DNA from: Fimicolochytrium jonesii
Taxonomy: Eukaryota
Length of the DNA stretch: 64,000 nt
Reading direction: 5' to 3'
Assembly: GCF_025526975.1 (NCBI RefSeq)
Contig: NW_026515671.1
Location: forward strand, 1,302,001 to 1,366,000
Shown here: positions 24,229-38,230 of the stretch, piece after piece
Position numbering within the stretch: the first letter of the stretch is position 1
Layout of the letters: each line of letters opens with the position of its first letter
Made by a program: the position numbers and the translations under genes
The notes under the pieces: generated by a model
Databases searched by the model: none
Seen by the model: the letters and a program-made list of their open reading frames with translations, nothing else
What the model was told of the DNA's origin: nothing

Positions 24229-24805
24229 TCTCTTCCCTCACGCACAGAGAGTAGATGTCGAGGGAGTGTAGACTTTGAAGATTGTTCTCAGAGCTTCGTC
24301 GATGGGTGCCAAGTGGTGGATGGAAAGGCGTAGAATGCGCGAAGTCGGCAAGCAACGAAAGATGGTGGAGAGTGCTGCTCAAATAGAGATGGCCGTGCCT
24401 TCTTCCGCTCTCCTTCTTATCTTGCCGGCCCTAGATATGTCTCCCCAGAAGCCATGGTCAGTAAGAGTGAGCTTTGTTGGCGATAACCTTACTCTCGTTC
24501 TCACGCGACCTCTTTGGGACCTGGCATCGGGTTGCCCTGTTTGCCTTTCTGCTAAAGTTGTCAAAAGCCGTCAACAAGGCGGAGGAAATCCCAGTCAACA
24601 CAAACGCGGAAACGGAACTTGCACAGGGTGCAACTTCTCGTAGCCCAGCTCTGCTCATTGCAACCTCACTTCAGCGGAATCTCTCACGGCAACATCCCCA
24701 GCTGCAAGTCCCGTCGTCGGCGGCACAGATACCTGAGTATATTTAGAGTATACCCCCTTTGGACTCGAAAAGTTCAATAGCGAAACAGCACTGCACTCCC
24801 ACGCC

Positions 24806-25207
24806 ATGTCCCAACAGTCCGCCCTCCGGCGCATCTTCTCCCTCCGCTCTCCCTACCCCTACCTCGCCGCCGCCACTGCCGGTCTCAGCTGGTGGACCTC
24901 AGTCGTCCTCTCCGGCGTAAACGTTCAAAAGTCGCATTCCGGCATCTTCAAAGCTGTCATGTTCCATCTCCGCCACAACCCAGCCGCCAAGCAACTCCTC
25001 GGCACGGACATCACCTACGACGCCAAGCGGGATCATAGCGTGGAAGGGGACGTGAATATGCAGAAGGGGCAGGCGGATTTTAGGTTTGGGGTGCAGGGGA
25101 GTGAGGGGAGGGCAGAGGTGAGGTTTAGGGGGAGGGGGAGGGGGGATAATTGGACAAGTGAGGTGTTTACAGTGGTTACGCCGGAGGGGAAGACGGTTAA
25201 GTATTAA
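24806..25207 (+). CDS. COA1: Cytochrome c oxidase assembly factor Coa1-like
   Basis: 133 aa with one TM segment, S.IFKAVMFHLRHNPAAKQLLG..I..VEGDVNMQKGQADFRFGVQGSEGRAEVRF, typical of the Coa1 family. Confidence 0.8.
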   Translation: MSQQSALRRIFSLRSPYPYLAAATAGLSWWTSVVLSGVNVQKSHSGIFKAVMFHLRHNPAAKQLLGTDITYDAKRDHSVEGDVNMQKGQADFRFGVQGSEGRAEVRFRGRGRGDNWTSEVFTVVTPEGKTVKY

Positions 25208-26086
25208 GGGGATGAGGATCAAGGAGAGGGAGATGGAATGTGTTGTTTTTCGAACCTCTGTGGAACATATGCAGAAAAGCGGAAACCCTTGATAGAGTAT
25301 TTAAGATTAAGAGCTGGGATTTCTTTGATGTGTTTGGACGATGTTCATGCTGGATAAAGCCAATGAACCCATTGTCCACAAGAACCCTCTATGTACGTGT
25401 ATATAAGTCCCCTTGGCGGCTGATTTGGGTTCAGGAAAACGAATGCCATTTATATGTTTTCAGCACTCGCCGAGAGGGAGGATGTCTGCTGTGCTTCAAC
25501 GCTATCGAGTGGACGAAATGCCATCGTAGACGGAAGCGCCTTTTTTGGTCTTCGATATTCGAATAGATATCGACCGTCTCGCACGTGGCGCCACGGATGG
25601 GTTCTCGAGTACAGTCTATCCGAGCCCATACGGTGGCGTCGGTGAAAGATATTTTCAGAGTCCACCAGAAAGTCACAACTGGGAAGAAAAGAACTTTGGG
25701 GGTTTCGATGGGGTTTTTGATGTGAGAATGGGTGAGACGCGCGCTGACATAATCGAGCGCGCGCGTTCGAAAAGAAGGTCGAGAAGGTTTTTTCGCGGGA
25801 CGTGTCAAAACCTTCGTTTTCTTCACCGGCAAGAAGGCACGGATGTGCTTCCTTCTGGTGGCACAACCCTCGTTTCGCAACGGTCGAAGCTATCGGTGCC
25901 ATGGACATGGGCACGGCAGAAGGCGACGCTGGCATGATGGGATGCCATGGAGTGTGTTCTCCGGTGCCCATACCGCTGGCGTCTCACCGCCAACGCACGA
26001 TATAAAACGCTGGTCGGTTTTCGTTGCGTCCCAAAAACTCTCTCTCACTTCCACGCCCGCCCGAAGAACAAATCAACGCAATAAAG

Positions 26087-26778
26087 ATGAACTTCTTACT
26101 CGTCGCTTTGGCTGCTTTCCAAGTCTTGTGCGCGGTAAGTATCTCAGGATTCTCCGTCCGCACAACGCCTGCCAATGCCACCCCCACCCCCATTCGCACT
26201 ATATCTAATCAGCTATCCTCCCATTCATAGCTGGTGGCCGCCCGTGCCCTCCCCGCCCGCCTCTTCCACCGCCAATCGACCCCGGCCCCAAGCCCACCAG
26301 ACGGTGTCGACGGATGCGCATTCACCGTGTACAACAGCGTGTGGACGTTCTACATCCCCACCAATGAAACCTTCCCCGTCGACGCGGCAGACGCGTGCGA
26401 GAGCCATGGCGGCGCGCTGGCCAAGCTGGAGTATTACAATTTCTTCAATGTGTCGAATGCCGCGTATGATTGTGTGGGGGCGGGGAAACAGGTTGTTGTG
26501 TCTTCTTGGTGAGTTGGGATTGAAATTTCTGGCGTCGTGCTTTGAGTCCGGACGGACCGTGCTTCCGCAGATTCCTGACAGCGAACCCACTTTGTTTTTG
26601 CGCATCTCAAAGGAACGGAGACGACTACGGCGCGGTCAACATCACCCTCCAGCTCGGTCCCACGAGAGGTCCCGGCGCCGTCACCGCCCTGTCAACCGAA
26701 GAGGCAATCAACAACTCTTACCCATATCTCTGCCAATATCTTTCGCTCAGTGGGGATGCCAGCCCTTCTTTCAGATAA
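26087..26778 (+). CDS. Small secreted Cys-containing protein, possibly C-type lectin-like (3 exons)
   Basis: TATAAAA at ~26001; signal peptide MNFLLVALAAFQVLCA; AADACESHGGALAKL..CVGAGKQVVVSSWNGDDYG..YPYLCQ. Confidence 0.7.
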
Positions 26779-27309
26779 TGAAGAGATATATGAAAAACCA
26801 TGCTGGCGGACTATAGATGGGTGGGGATCACGAACGTCATATATTACTTGTAGAAAGGATGTCTGGATCGCCCCATTTTTGTGTTTATGTATCATTTTCT
26901 TGTACATCGGATGTTCATCGTAATGAAAACCGGGCGCAAGCCTTGTTCCTGCACTGCCTGCATGTCCTGACTCCTATGTCCATTCAGTATGTTGTCAAAG
27001 CTTAGTGAGACTGGGGTCGCTGTGCTGATGCGCGAACTGTGCCACACGAACAAAGGGCAAATCGGGGCGTCAGGGTCGAAAGTCTCGAAAGTCGCGCCTC
27101 CTTCTCCTTCCCGCTTTTCTCGTCCGTAATTGTAAAGGCTCGGAAGCAATCCTGATAACCATCTCCATCAAGTCACTGCCTCATCAGTGCAGAGGCTCAA
27201 CTCCCGCTCTCACCGCGTGCCGGTATCGCTGGCAATAGCGAGTTTTGGACCTATTTCACGACCGGAAAACCCCGACGGAACACTTCCTCAGCATTGCAAA
27301 GAGGTCGCT

Positions 27310-29497
27310 ATGAGTTTGTTTTCACCACCAAGAAGCCAGCAAAATAAGCTGCAGCAACAGCAGCAGCAACAGCAGCAGCAGCAACCATTACGTCCAGGGA
27401 CTCAGCAGCGTCTTCCGGCCTCGCCGTTGTTCCAGCCACGCAGCTTGAATGACTCCCTAACGTCCTCACCGCTCTTAAAACCCGCGACCATCGAACAGAA
27501 GCCTCCGCCACCGCCGCCATATCGTCTTGAGAACGACCCAGTTCAAGGCCGCTATACTGTAGCCTCCTCCGACGTCCCCGCCAACACCGCCCTCTTGACT
27601 TGCACACCCTACGCCTACGCTATCTTCGACTCCCACAAGAAGCGAGTGTGCGGGGTATGTCTGGACTTCAACGACAATGGAGCTTTTCACCTGCACTGCA
27701 GGAACTGCGACCAGGTGTATTTGTGCTCACCTGCTTGCCTTGCTAACCTGCTGGCGAACGGGCATCATGTGGTGTGTGGGGCTCTTCGGCGGTTGGCGAC
27801 GCATAAGGCGCCGCAACATGAGAAGAGCGTGTTGAAGATTCTGCTGATGACGCTTTATGCGCGGTAAGGCCGTTGATGTACAACGCTGCGTCTTACATCC
27901 CTTCGTGACCGCCGCTGATACCACGTCTTGCGTCCCTCAGGCATGTGGAGCGCGGCCGGAATGTGCATATATCGAATACGTTGCGGGACGCGATATCGTT
28001 GGCTTCAGCACCACCATTTATACTGAATGGCAGCGCGGCAGAAAACAAACCTGCTGGGTCAGTCCAGCAGGGCAGTGATCAAGCATCAGCATTAGGCGAA
28101 GCTGCCATTTTAGGGACGGGAAAGACATGGGCGGAGGTGGACAATCTGCAGTCGCACTACAGCTCTTGGCCGTTGGAAGATGCGAAAGATTGGCGAAAGA
28201 CGAAGAATCTGATAGTAAAGCTGCTCGAGGACTGTGGCTTGCTGGAGAACGGTGACCGGGTGCCGCCAATACCCCGGGGAGATCCGTCGGACTTTGTTCT
28301 GCATCTGGTCAGTAAGATTGAAAGCAACGGGTTCGGGTTGTGGAGTCCGAAAACCGAGCAGTGTATGGGGAGAGCTCTTTTTCCCAATGCGAGTTACTTC
28401 AATGTGAGTGCGATGGAGATTCTTGGCGTCGCAGTATTTCTGGTTGCAGTATTGCACGAAAGTCTTACTCCATCGTAACTCCCGAACAGCACTCCTGCGA
28501 TCCCAACACCAGCGCAACCCAAGCAGCAGACGAAATAACATTCCGCACCAAGCGGCCCGTGAAACAAAATGAGCCGCTCACCATCTCCTACATCGACGCC
28601 AACATCCCACTCCACGCGCGTCGCTCACGTTTACAGCAGGAATACTACTTCCATTGCATGTGCAGCAGATGTGTAGCTGAAGAGGCGCGGGTTCCGAGCG
28701 CGGCGAAGGTCGGCTCGCCACGCCCGAGCTCTATTCCCAACATGGACTTAGGAAAGGATCAGGGTATGGGATCGGCCAACGCGCTGCACCCGCTGCACCC
28801 CCTGCCGACGAATCCGGTGATGCAGAACGCATACCCGCGGAAAGTCACCTACGAGAGGAGCTTCAATCAGAATCGGAACCGTGGAAAGGCAGTCAGTCAT
28901 GGACCAAATAGAGCGGCACAGGGGCCCAAGGGCCCGTTCAACAGAGTGGACTCGGTACCGACATCCGCAACACCCATAGCAGCACCCACAAACCCAAATC
29001 CCATCCCCACACCCGACGCACCAATACTATTACCCATCTCGCAGCCATCGCGGTACCAACCCGTAGTGCTGTCGCCACCAACCCCACCACCTTCATCCCC
29101 AGCCGCCGTCGAATGCATCTCCCCCGCTTCAGTGCTTGCTTCCAGCGCACATCTACATTCGGGGATATCCTCACCGCCCATTACCAACCAGTCGGTCATC
29201 ACCCCACCGCGGGATACCTATTCCAATTCACACGGTCCATCCTCTGGCGGTGTGCCCAAATCTAGACCACCGCCCCGGCAAGGTCAGGCGCCGCGACGAC
29301 TTCCGCTAGGTGCCCCGGACGTGTCGGAAGTCCGGCAACGTGCGGTCGCAAATATTCGCAAGCTGAGCAATGCCCGACCTCGGCGGCAGCAGGGGCAGGT
29401 ACATAATCAGCAGAGACCCGCGGGGCAGTATCAGCAGCAACAGCACCAGAACACACCCAAAGACACGCCCGCGCCGGCATCATCACCGGCGTCGTGA
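27310..29497 (+). CDS. SET/MYND (SMYD/Set6-like) lysine methyltransferase with polyQ N-terminus and low-complexity tail
   Basis: GRYTVASSDVPANT, MYND-like CGVC..CRNC..CSPAC..HHVVC, ESNGFGLW, ALFPNASYFN-HSCDPN, LTISYID, YYFHCMCSRC. Confidence 0.9.
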
Positions 29498-31421
29498 TAG
29501 ACTTTGGCCTCTTCATGGGGGGTTTTTTTGGGGGGAGCGACGTTTGTAGGCAGAAGCAGGCAGTCAGGTAGACTTTCGTTTCATAATACAGGCGCTCTTT
29601 CGTGATCTAGTAGATCAGGTAGATTTCAGAGGCACATATTCTCATACATACATTCGAAGTGGCTAGGACTTTGGCAACCTCACCACTAGGAAGAATATAG
29701 AATCGCCTGTAGGTTGCAGTGCCACAGGGCGTCGTAATGGCTACGTCGGGTATTTGATGTGGGAGACCGAAAGCAAACTCATCTATGTGACTGACTGTGG
29801 GCGGCCTTTTAATTGCTTTTCGTAGCCCTGTGCGCGACATCAATCAGGTGTCTGCCGCCCGGGGCAAGCGAGACGAATGGAAACAAAAACTCTCCCATAG
29901 CGATAACCATCCTTGCTCCTGCAGCGAAAACCCTTATTCATCATTCTCAATCGCCTTCGTCACCTCCCACCTCTCGCTGCCGAGCAGCGTTCCCGGGGAA
30001 GGGAAACACGCAAAAGAAGCTAGCGGACCGCATGTTTCGCATCAGCGGTGGGCCGCCACATCGGCGTGCAAATTGCCACGGATGTGAAAACGCACTTGCA
30101 GGACAAGGAGGAGCATCTCCTCCACAGCAGAATGCAGTTGCTGAACTGCTTCCACATGGACTTGTGCACATGACAGTTCTGGACACAGGCGCGGAGGATG
30201 GTATCCGTGTCGGAGGCACCGTGCTGAAGTGTTTAAGAACATCTATCCTACGTGTCCATGTATCTTGTACGTCATATGATAGAATTCACCCGGTTCCTGT
30301 GCGAGCGATCCCGAAAAGAAAAAGGTGGGTGTGATTTGCAATATATTTCCATCTTGGATGCGAATTCTAGTGTTTCCACTGGCCTCTCAGAATCGATTCG
30401 GCGCGGTCCCGACCACTCGGTAGCACTGTCAGTTACCCCGCCCGCCTTGTCAGAGCTACTCGGACATTATGGCGGGGACTTCAAGTTAACATCACGTTGG
30501 GTTCACCTGCAGCTCAACGAAACTTTTCATGGAATCTTCAGCTCGAAGTCCACATAGTAGGCGGGTCGTAGTCTGCTCAGCTGTGCGTGCATCTTTCCTG
30601 CGTTTTATTGGGACTTCAGCCTTCAAACAAGCTGCGGCCGGAAATGCTACCCAGTAACTGTTGGTGGGGACTGCTTATAAGGAAGTGTATGCTCTAATCT
30701 ATATGGGGTTCCCGTTTGGGGTGGACCTGGCTGTCGTGTTGCATGGTTTTGAGAAAATGTTTCCAAAAAGCTCGTGCAGTTATTCTCACGAATCAGAACG
30801 ACCAGGGTGAGCTATGCACCTCTTACTAGTCAAAATCTCTGTTCTCCGTGTTTCTCACATTACCTTTATTATATCCCATCCATCCTCCATGGCAATCTTA
30901 CGACGAGATCCCAACACCTTCACGACTTATCAATCCGTCTTCGAGATCCCAGTTCCCAACACCCGTACGGGCCAACAGCAACAACTGCAAGATAGTGCTT
31001 GTCTCCTAAGGCAAGGCACGCCGAGCTATGGCGTTTTGTAGTACCCCGCGCATAACCATCCCCGTGGACTACTCTCCAATGGGAGCCTCGTGGTGGGGTC
31101 AAGTATGGTTTTGTGGTTGTCGAATACAATCGACGCCGAGGAACTGCGAGATTGAATAGATTTTGGATCGTGAAGCTAGAAGATTATTCAATGACCCCGG
31201 AGCAGAAGGATCGGATGTTTAGGAACAATACTAGGTTGTTTGGCTGGGATAAATCGACCCAGTAAAGTAATGCGATTAAGTTGATTGAACAAGGTCGATG
31301 ATGTTGACGGAAGCGGCTATATATGTGGAAAGTAGAACCGAATAACGATTGATACGCCAACGGACGCTACTTGACGGGCATGGTGGATACGACATCAAAA
31401 CATCTCTCACCGCCAAAACAA

Positions 31422-32792
31422 TCATTCCTCATTCTCAATCGCCTTCGCCACCTTCCCTAACGCGCTGAGCGTCGATGCACGATACCCTTGCCCAAACAAA
31501 CAATAGTGGTTGAGGTAGTGATACCTGCCATCCCCATTCCGAACGGGAGACCGGGTGAGTTTTGCCTTTCCGTGTGCATGTCGGCTTGACTATTCCAAAC
31601 TTACGCCTGATACAGCTGCAAGCGGACCTCGAACCCGCTGTGTTTCGGATGCACCTCGTGGTATGCATTGAAGAAGTCTGCCCGTAACATCGGTTTGATA
31701 TGTGTTTGTTCCTTGATCGAGGGAACGGAATGAGGATGTCATAGCCGCGGCGGAGCATACCTGCCGAAAACCCGCCAAAGACCTTCATGATAGCCAAATC
31801 AAACTCCGCGTGGCTGTACGAAGCGGCCGGATCGAATATTAGAGGCTCTTGCCGTGCACTGTCCACACCCCAGTTCCCGCTCCCTGCTCCCTCACGGCTG
31901 ATGAGTAGCTACTCTGACAAAAAGCGGAACCTTCAAGAGGAAGCTCACAGAGATCTCCGTGTACCAGGCTAGGCCTGACATCCAGCCCTTTGAACAACGT
32001 GGCGACACCGTCCATCACGCGAGGTCCCAGGCTCCTCAGCTCCTTGTCGCCGGGATGTTTCTCAAGCACCATCTGCAGCAACGGCTCAAATCTTCTCTTT
32101 AGCAGGAAAGTTGGCCAGTCAGATTCCCAGGTGTTGTCCTATGGGGATTCCGCTGGTTTGAGCAGTGGGAAGCGACTCTTGACGTGCATCAGCCATACCT
32201 GCGGCGTCGAGCCACACATGGTGACCACGTCAAAGCCAAACTTCCCGTTGGGAGACGGACACTTATGCATCTCGGCAAGCTTGGATGCAAGCTGTCTGTC
32301 CACCCGTCTTCCTGACCTGCAAGAGCAGTTCATATCCAGGTCTTCCAGATTTCTCTCCCTGGTGGAAATACCTTGAGACCAAGTCGTGGAAAGTGGTCAC
32401 CAGAAACGATCCTCCCCTATCATCTCCATCAACTAGACGGCCAAACCCTAGAGGCGTTGGAGAGAAACCAGGCACTGCTTCGGAAATGGCGTTCAAGCTT
32501 TCGGCTTCTCCTTCGAACATCTGGAGGCTTGAGACGTTTCCATCGCGATTGACCTACGAAAAAGTGGCTGCCATCACTGAAGAGGTCTTGACTTCCTACA
32601 AGGCAACGTCTGGTTTTGCGGTTTCCTCCGGTGCCCGAGCGCTACCTTTACGAAGTAGTCGCCAGTGTCAGTGACGCATTTGAACGCTTCGTTGATGCAG
32701 CCGCCGGAAACGGTTTTGATAGTGTGGAGTTTCGTGCATAGGGCGAGATCTCGAACGAGGATGCGTTCGAGCTGAGCGAGAGGGGTGGACAT
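31422..32792 (-). CDS. Fructosamine/ketosamine-3-kinase family protein (many short introns)
   Basis: VSGGCINEA..YFVK, MFEGEAESL, FGFDVVTMCGSTPQ, PSLVHGDLW-SGNW, IFDPAASYSHAEFDL, YHYLNHYCLFGQGY. Confidence 0.93.
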
Positions 32793-33066
32793 GGAGGTGG
32801 GAGAGGTCGATGCGTTGAGAAGACCACTGGGCATAAGGGATCTGGACACTGTTGTTGACCCGACGCTCCCGACGAGATGTACTGTACTGTAACACTGGAT
32901 GTAACAGTTGCGCGCCTTGTTGAACTTGTCCCCGTTTCAAACTTGAAATTGGCCTCCGATATCCCAGACACAGCAGAGTCGCCGGCGGAGGACAACAACG
33001 GCTTCGCAGCAGACTGGAAACACCCATACGTAGTCGGCAGGCCGGTGGATAGCATATCAATCAGCA

Positions 33067-34523
33067 ATGTCGGAGAAACGGAAAGCAGACGCTGGTTCGG
33101 CTCTAGTAGCGACGAAGAAACCCAGGGCAGACAATGAATCTGGTGGACTCGCGTTGGCGACGACTGGTGGGCGGGGTGGAGGCGCTATCATACGGAAGGT
33201 GGGTTGGCTGACGAGCTATGCTTGGGAGTTATATGGGTCGCCGATCCATTTCGCCGAAGTGTTGTGGCCAACTGCTGATTTTTCAACCTCGGGATGATAG
33301 ATCAAGAGGACGTCCGACTTACAAGGCCCTATCATGCTCTTAACCGGCCACCAAGGAGAAGTCTTCTCCTGCAGATTTAGCCCATCGGGGCGCAACCTTG
33401 TGTCTGGGTCTTTTGACCGCCTGATATGTGAGAAAGCTGGTGTGCAAAACTTTCGAGACGCGGGCTCGATACTGATATCCGATCCTTTTTGCAGATCTGT
33501 GGGAAGCACACGGAGAGTGCAAAAACTACGGGGTGCTGAAAGGACATGCGGGGCCAGTATTACAGGTCCAGTGGTCGAGCGACGGAACAAAAGTGTACTC
33601 TGCGTCGACAGACAAAACACTGGGAGTATGGGATGCAGAGGTTGGAGAGCGCATCAAGAAGCTGAAGGGCCACACCTCCTACGTCAACTCATGCGCATCG
33701 ACACGGCGGGAAGTAGGCGGCACGGACTTGATTGTATCGGGAAGCGACGACGGTTCAGCGAAAGTGTGGGACCCACGCGTGAAGCAGGCGGTGCACTCGT
33801 TCGAGAACAAGTTTGCGATTACCTCCGTTGAGTTCAACCAGGACGGCGGACTGGTGTTTGCGGGAGGGCTGGACAACAAGATTAGGGCGTGGGATATGCG
33901 GAAGGGGGAGGTTGCGTATACGCTGGCGGGACACTTTGATACGGTTACTGGTTTGCGGCTGAGTCCCGACGGTGATATGCTTTTGAGTAACTCCATGGAC
34001 AATACTGGTATGACTTTTGTTTGTGGGCTTGCTTTTTTGAGAGCTTTGGACTGACGATCTCTACTCTAGTCCGAATCTGGGATGTAAAGCCTTTTGCAGC
34101 CTCAGGAAGCCGATTGACGAAGATCCTTGAAGGTATACGTCACTCACTGGTCCACCACCGACGTTGAAAGAGCTGACGATCTGATGTTGTCTCCAGGCGC
34201 ACCGCAAGGCTTCGAAAAGAACCTACTACGCCCTTGCTGGTCACCACACAGTGACTTTGTCGCAGCAGGAAGCGGTGATCGGTCGGTGGTTGTCTGGGAT
34301 GTGTCGGCGCAGAAGATCGTGTACAAGCTACCGGGACACAAAGGAGTATGCAACGAGGTGGACTGGACACATAGCATCATTGCGTCTGCCAGTAACGACA
34401 AGACGCTGTTCATTGGAGAGCTTAATGTTGATGTAGGTGTTTTGGGTACTTTTTCAGTCTGCGAGTTGAGAACTGGAAGCTCATGATGGTACTTCCTTTC
34501 GATCTATTCAGGAGGTGAAGTGA
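33067..34523 (+). CDS. SNRNP40: U5 snRNP 40 kDa WD40 protein (Spf38/SNRNP40)
   Basis: RTSDLQGPIMLLTGHQGEVF, GHTSYVNSC, SGSDDG, LSNSMDNT, FEKNLLR, YKLPGHKG; divergent from the FN3K gene. Confidence 0.93.
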
Positions 34524-34984
34524 GGCAAAAGGTTGTACATGGGAGTGGAATGTCTGTAGATGGCATAGGTGGACTGCAAAACGGTTGCAGTAAATATTAA
34601 GGGCATATGGGGGATTGCCGGGAGGTGTTGAATCTACCGCGGGGTCCATATCGCACCTGCCTACCTGCGGCTGACCACGACCGCTTGGCTGTATATGTAC
34701 CTAACATAAGCAGATGGCGTAAGGAGTATTTTGCCATCCGTGTTCAAGGCGTCCACGCTGTTCTGGACGAAAGTGAGAAGGGGGAGGAGTTGGACGACGC
34801 GAAAAACGACGTTTTGCTGTCAATCACGTCTCGCACGCCAGCGCACGGCCTTCCTCCAACTCCAACTTCCGCATGCCGTTTTCAAGTCTGCGTTCCGTTC
34901 CATTCAACGTCCATAGTTTACAGCGGCTCCCGAGCAATACAGCAACGGCGCACACGTAGCCCCTTGCGCAACACGTCGACAACC

Positions 34985-36588
34985 ATGGCAGGCGCCTCCC
35001 CCTTGAAAACTGGCAACGGCGCGCAACGCAAACGCGGCCGGCCCCTCAAAGCCCCCATAGACGACGACTCCGTGGTCATTTCCGACTCCAGCGACTCCGA
35101 CACCTCCCCTCGTCCCGCCAAAAAGCTCTCCCAACCCCTCCCCACCCGCCGCAAACTCGCCCCTACCTCCACCACCCGGTCTAAATCCACCACCAATGTC
35201 GACGATTTCTTCGATATGGGCAAAAAAGGGTCGGTGGGGACTATCCGCGCGACGATGAATGTGCAGAGACGTCAGCCGGTGAGGAGGAATGGGAGTGGGT
35301 CGAGTAATGAGTCGGCTACAACTGCGGGGTCGCAGATGGGGATAGGGGAGGCTGTGCTGGGGTCGCTGGGTGCGCGAGGGGAGTTTGGGAGGGTGGGGAG
35401 TTTTGGGCCGGATAAGGTGGCGGCATTGGATTATGCGTTGTCGGATAGTGAGGATGAGGAGGAGAGGTTGGTTTTTATGGTTGTTTCCTGGTGTGGTAGG
35501 ACGTGTGGGCCTATGACGCTGACATCTCTCGATTTATTCAGTGGAAGGCAAGCGAAAAGAGGGAAGAAACCGGTCGAGAAGACGCCACCCGTAGAACGAG
35601 AACCATCTCTCTCACCGCCTCCATCACCGCCGCCAGAGGTCCCGGAAGACGTGATCATGTCCCTATACGTGAGAAGGTACGTCCCGCCGATCACCTCCCT
35701 TACTCACCCTTCATTCGCTTACACCTCCTCTCATCCAGCCAAGAACTCAAACGAACATGCAACGAGCTCCGCGCACCCGAAATCCTCGAATACGAAAGCA
35801 CATCCCTCTCCACACTCGACCCCGCCCTGATGGATCTCGCAAACCCGTTCACATCATCGTCCTCATCCTCCGATTTCCAGGATTCACGGCCGATTACGAT
35901 CCGGGTTGAGCGGAAACGATACCCGGCCGTGCCTGATGCGGAGTTTATCAAGCCTCTGAAGTTGCGGTTACGACGGGTTCGTAACCAGCCCCCGAAACCC
36001 TGCATTTGGTATTCTCGATGATGTTAACATTTAACCCCCCCACAGGACCAGCCCTTCGACCACCTCATGGCCGCCGTCTGCAACCAATGGTCCCTCGACA
36101 GACAGCGAACCGTCTTTCTATGCCGTAACGCGGCGCTGTTCAAATATGGCACGCCCGCCGCGCTCGACATGGACGACGACTCTGTGCTTGACGTCTACAA
36201 CAAGCCCGAGTATGATGCGTTCAGGCTCGCGTCCAATGCGCCGTCGCCGCCTCGAACACATGCCGATTTCTCGACGGGGCCCTCATCACATTGCGGCGGT
36301 GCGTCGTCGTCCGCACAAGCCCCCGGACCAACCCACGCCCCCATAGAGCCCACCGACCCCCTCGTCGCCATCAAAATCACACACAACACCACCGCCCCGC
36401 TGAAATTGAAAGCGAAGCTCTCGGCGACGGTGGACGAGGTCATTGACGCGTTTGTGAAGGCGAGGCATGGGCCCCCGGCCGGTACGAGTTTTAGGATGAT
36501 GTTTGAGGGGGAGATGTTGGGTGGCGGGGCGACGTTGGAGGGGTTGGGGTTGGAGGATGAGGATGTGGTTGAGATTCATGCGCGGTAG
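34985..36588 (+). CDS. Rad60/Esc2/NIP45-like protein with C-terminal tandem SUMO-like domains
   Basis: Low-complexity N-terminus with SIM-like VVISDSSD; SLD1 (ITIRV..FKYGTPAALDMDDDSVLDVY) and SLD2 (VAIKI..FRMMFEGEML..LGLEDEDVVEIH). Confidence 0.75.
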
Positions 36589-36956
36589 GGATGTGCTACG
36601 GAGGAGGAGGGGTCGCTGAACGTTGGGCCGGGGCTATACAAGTTATATAGGGGGCAGGTCGGCTGAGGAAAGTTGACATGAACACCAACACTCCTTTCCC
36701 AGATTGGAATCCATGTAAATATCAAAGTGCTCAATGCAACGTGTTTTGGAACATGAAAAGGGTTATGTGCGACGAAATGTTTTATTTGCAGTCATTAAGA
36801 AACACTGATTGTACAAGCAAGCGGCTAATGATACAATCAAACTTGGTGGTCGGGGATACATCTCACGCACGCATGCGGTATATGCGAGCTCAGCAATACA
36901 AAAGGAGAGACCCAAAAAATGTGCAAAGACATAGTGACGAAGATGCTCGAAGCGGT

Positions 36957-38230
36957 TTACACGTTCAACTCGCCATGTTGCGGTGCCGCGGCCATGTGTG
37001 GCACGCCAGCAGCGCCCGCGCCACCAAACATCGCGTCGGAGGGCGCGCCAGCCACCGGGGCTCCGTACTCGCCGCCCCACCCAGCCTTGCGAGTTGCCGG
37101 GCGGACCAATGGACCGTCGCTGGCGCCGGGGGCGTAGCGGAAGAAGTTCTGGCCGCCCTTGGGGAGTGGGATGTGGTTGAAGCGGTAGTCGAAGAGGGCG
37201 GCGTATTGGAAGCGGTAGGCGCCGGTGGCGACCATGCTGCCGATGATGGCGCCGCCGAGGACGTCGTACCAGTGGTGGTACTTGTCGATGGTCAATGAGC
37301 CGGCTGATCGGGAGAGAAGACTTATCTCAGTATGGGAGTCTCTCAACTCAGTCGTGAGAAAGGCAGAGATAAAAACTCACCAATGAGGGTAGCGGCAAGA
37401 ATAGGAGCGTAGAACAGAAGAAGCTTCCAGAACGCGGGACGGTAGTTTGAGAAAATCTTCAACTTGGCGTTAAGATAGTACGACAGATACAAGAACCCGG
37501 CAAACGCAGCGGTCGAGTGTCCACTGGGGAAGCTCTCAAGCGAGTCGTTGATCTCTTTCTCGTCACCCGTGCACACGCTCCTGTCGACCATGATGCCGCT
37601 GAAGCCTTGACCAGCGTTGGCTAGGGCGGGGGGGATGCTGGGCTTGCAGACGGCGTAGAAGTGGGGGCGGAGACCGCCGATGAGCCATTTCAGGAAGACT
37701 TGGAAGACCGCGGCTGTGACTGGAAAAGGAAAAAGAAAGGGGAAGTAAGGTCAGCATCGATTATCGACCGTCACACCAAAAGACAATAGACTTGGGTAAC
37801 TCGCCCCTCGCCTCGCTCGTTGCAGACACTTACTCAAGCTGAAGAGAAGACCCATGATCGCCGCATTAGCATCGTAAAAGCTGCGAATCCTGATCTGCAT
37901 CAAGATGATAAACAGCGTCGGAATCGTAAAAGCAAGGAAAGCGGCCAGCCAGATGGGAATGATGTTTTTCTCCAACGGGTAGGCAAACTCTGGGTATACG
38001 ACCTCTCCATCCTGAAAGTAGATGGGGAAGAGGCGGTTGGGTGCGGGCCTGAGCATGTAGATACCGAGCCCGAGGGCGCCCATGCAGGCCATGATGATGT
38101 AGTCGGCGGCATAGTTGCGGATGTAGCCTCGGGGGGTGAAGGGTTCGTCCTTGTACACAGGCTGGTTGCCCGAAGGGGGAATAGTGCCTGCACTAGGGTT
38201 CCTGTTGCTGCGGAAGTGTGGTATGGCCAT
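36957..38230 (-). CDS. PAP2-family lipid phosphate phosphatase (DPP1/LPP1-like)
   Basis: KWLIGGLRPHFY, SFPSGHS, DKYHHWYDVLGG catalytic motifs; TM segments. Confidence 0.93.

Noticed and set aside
30880..31270. Short + strand ORF fragments
   Set aside because: Interrupted by stops with no recognisable motif; possibly a decayed gene but unsupported.
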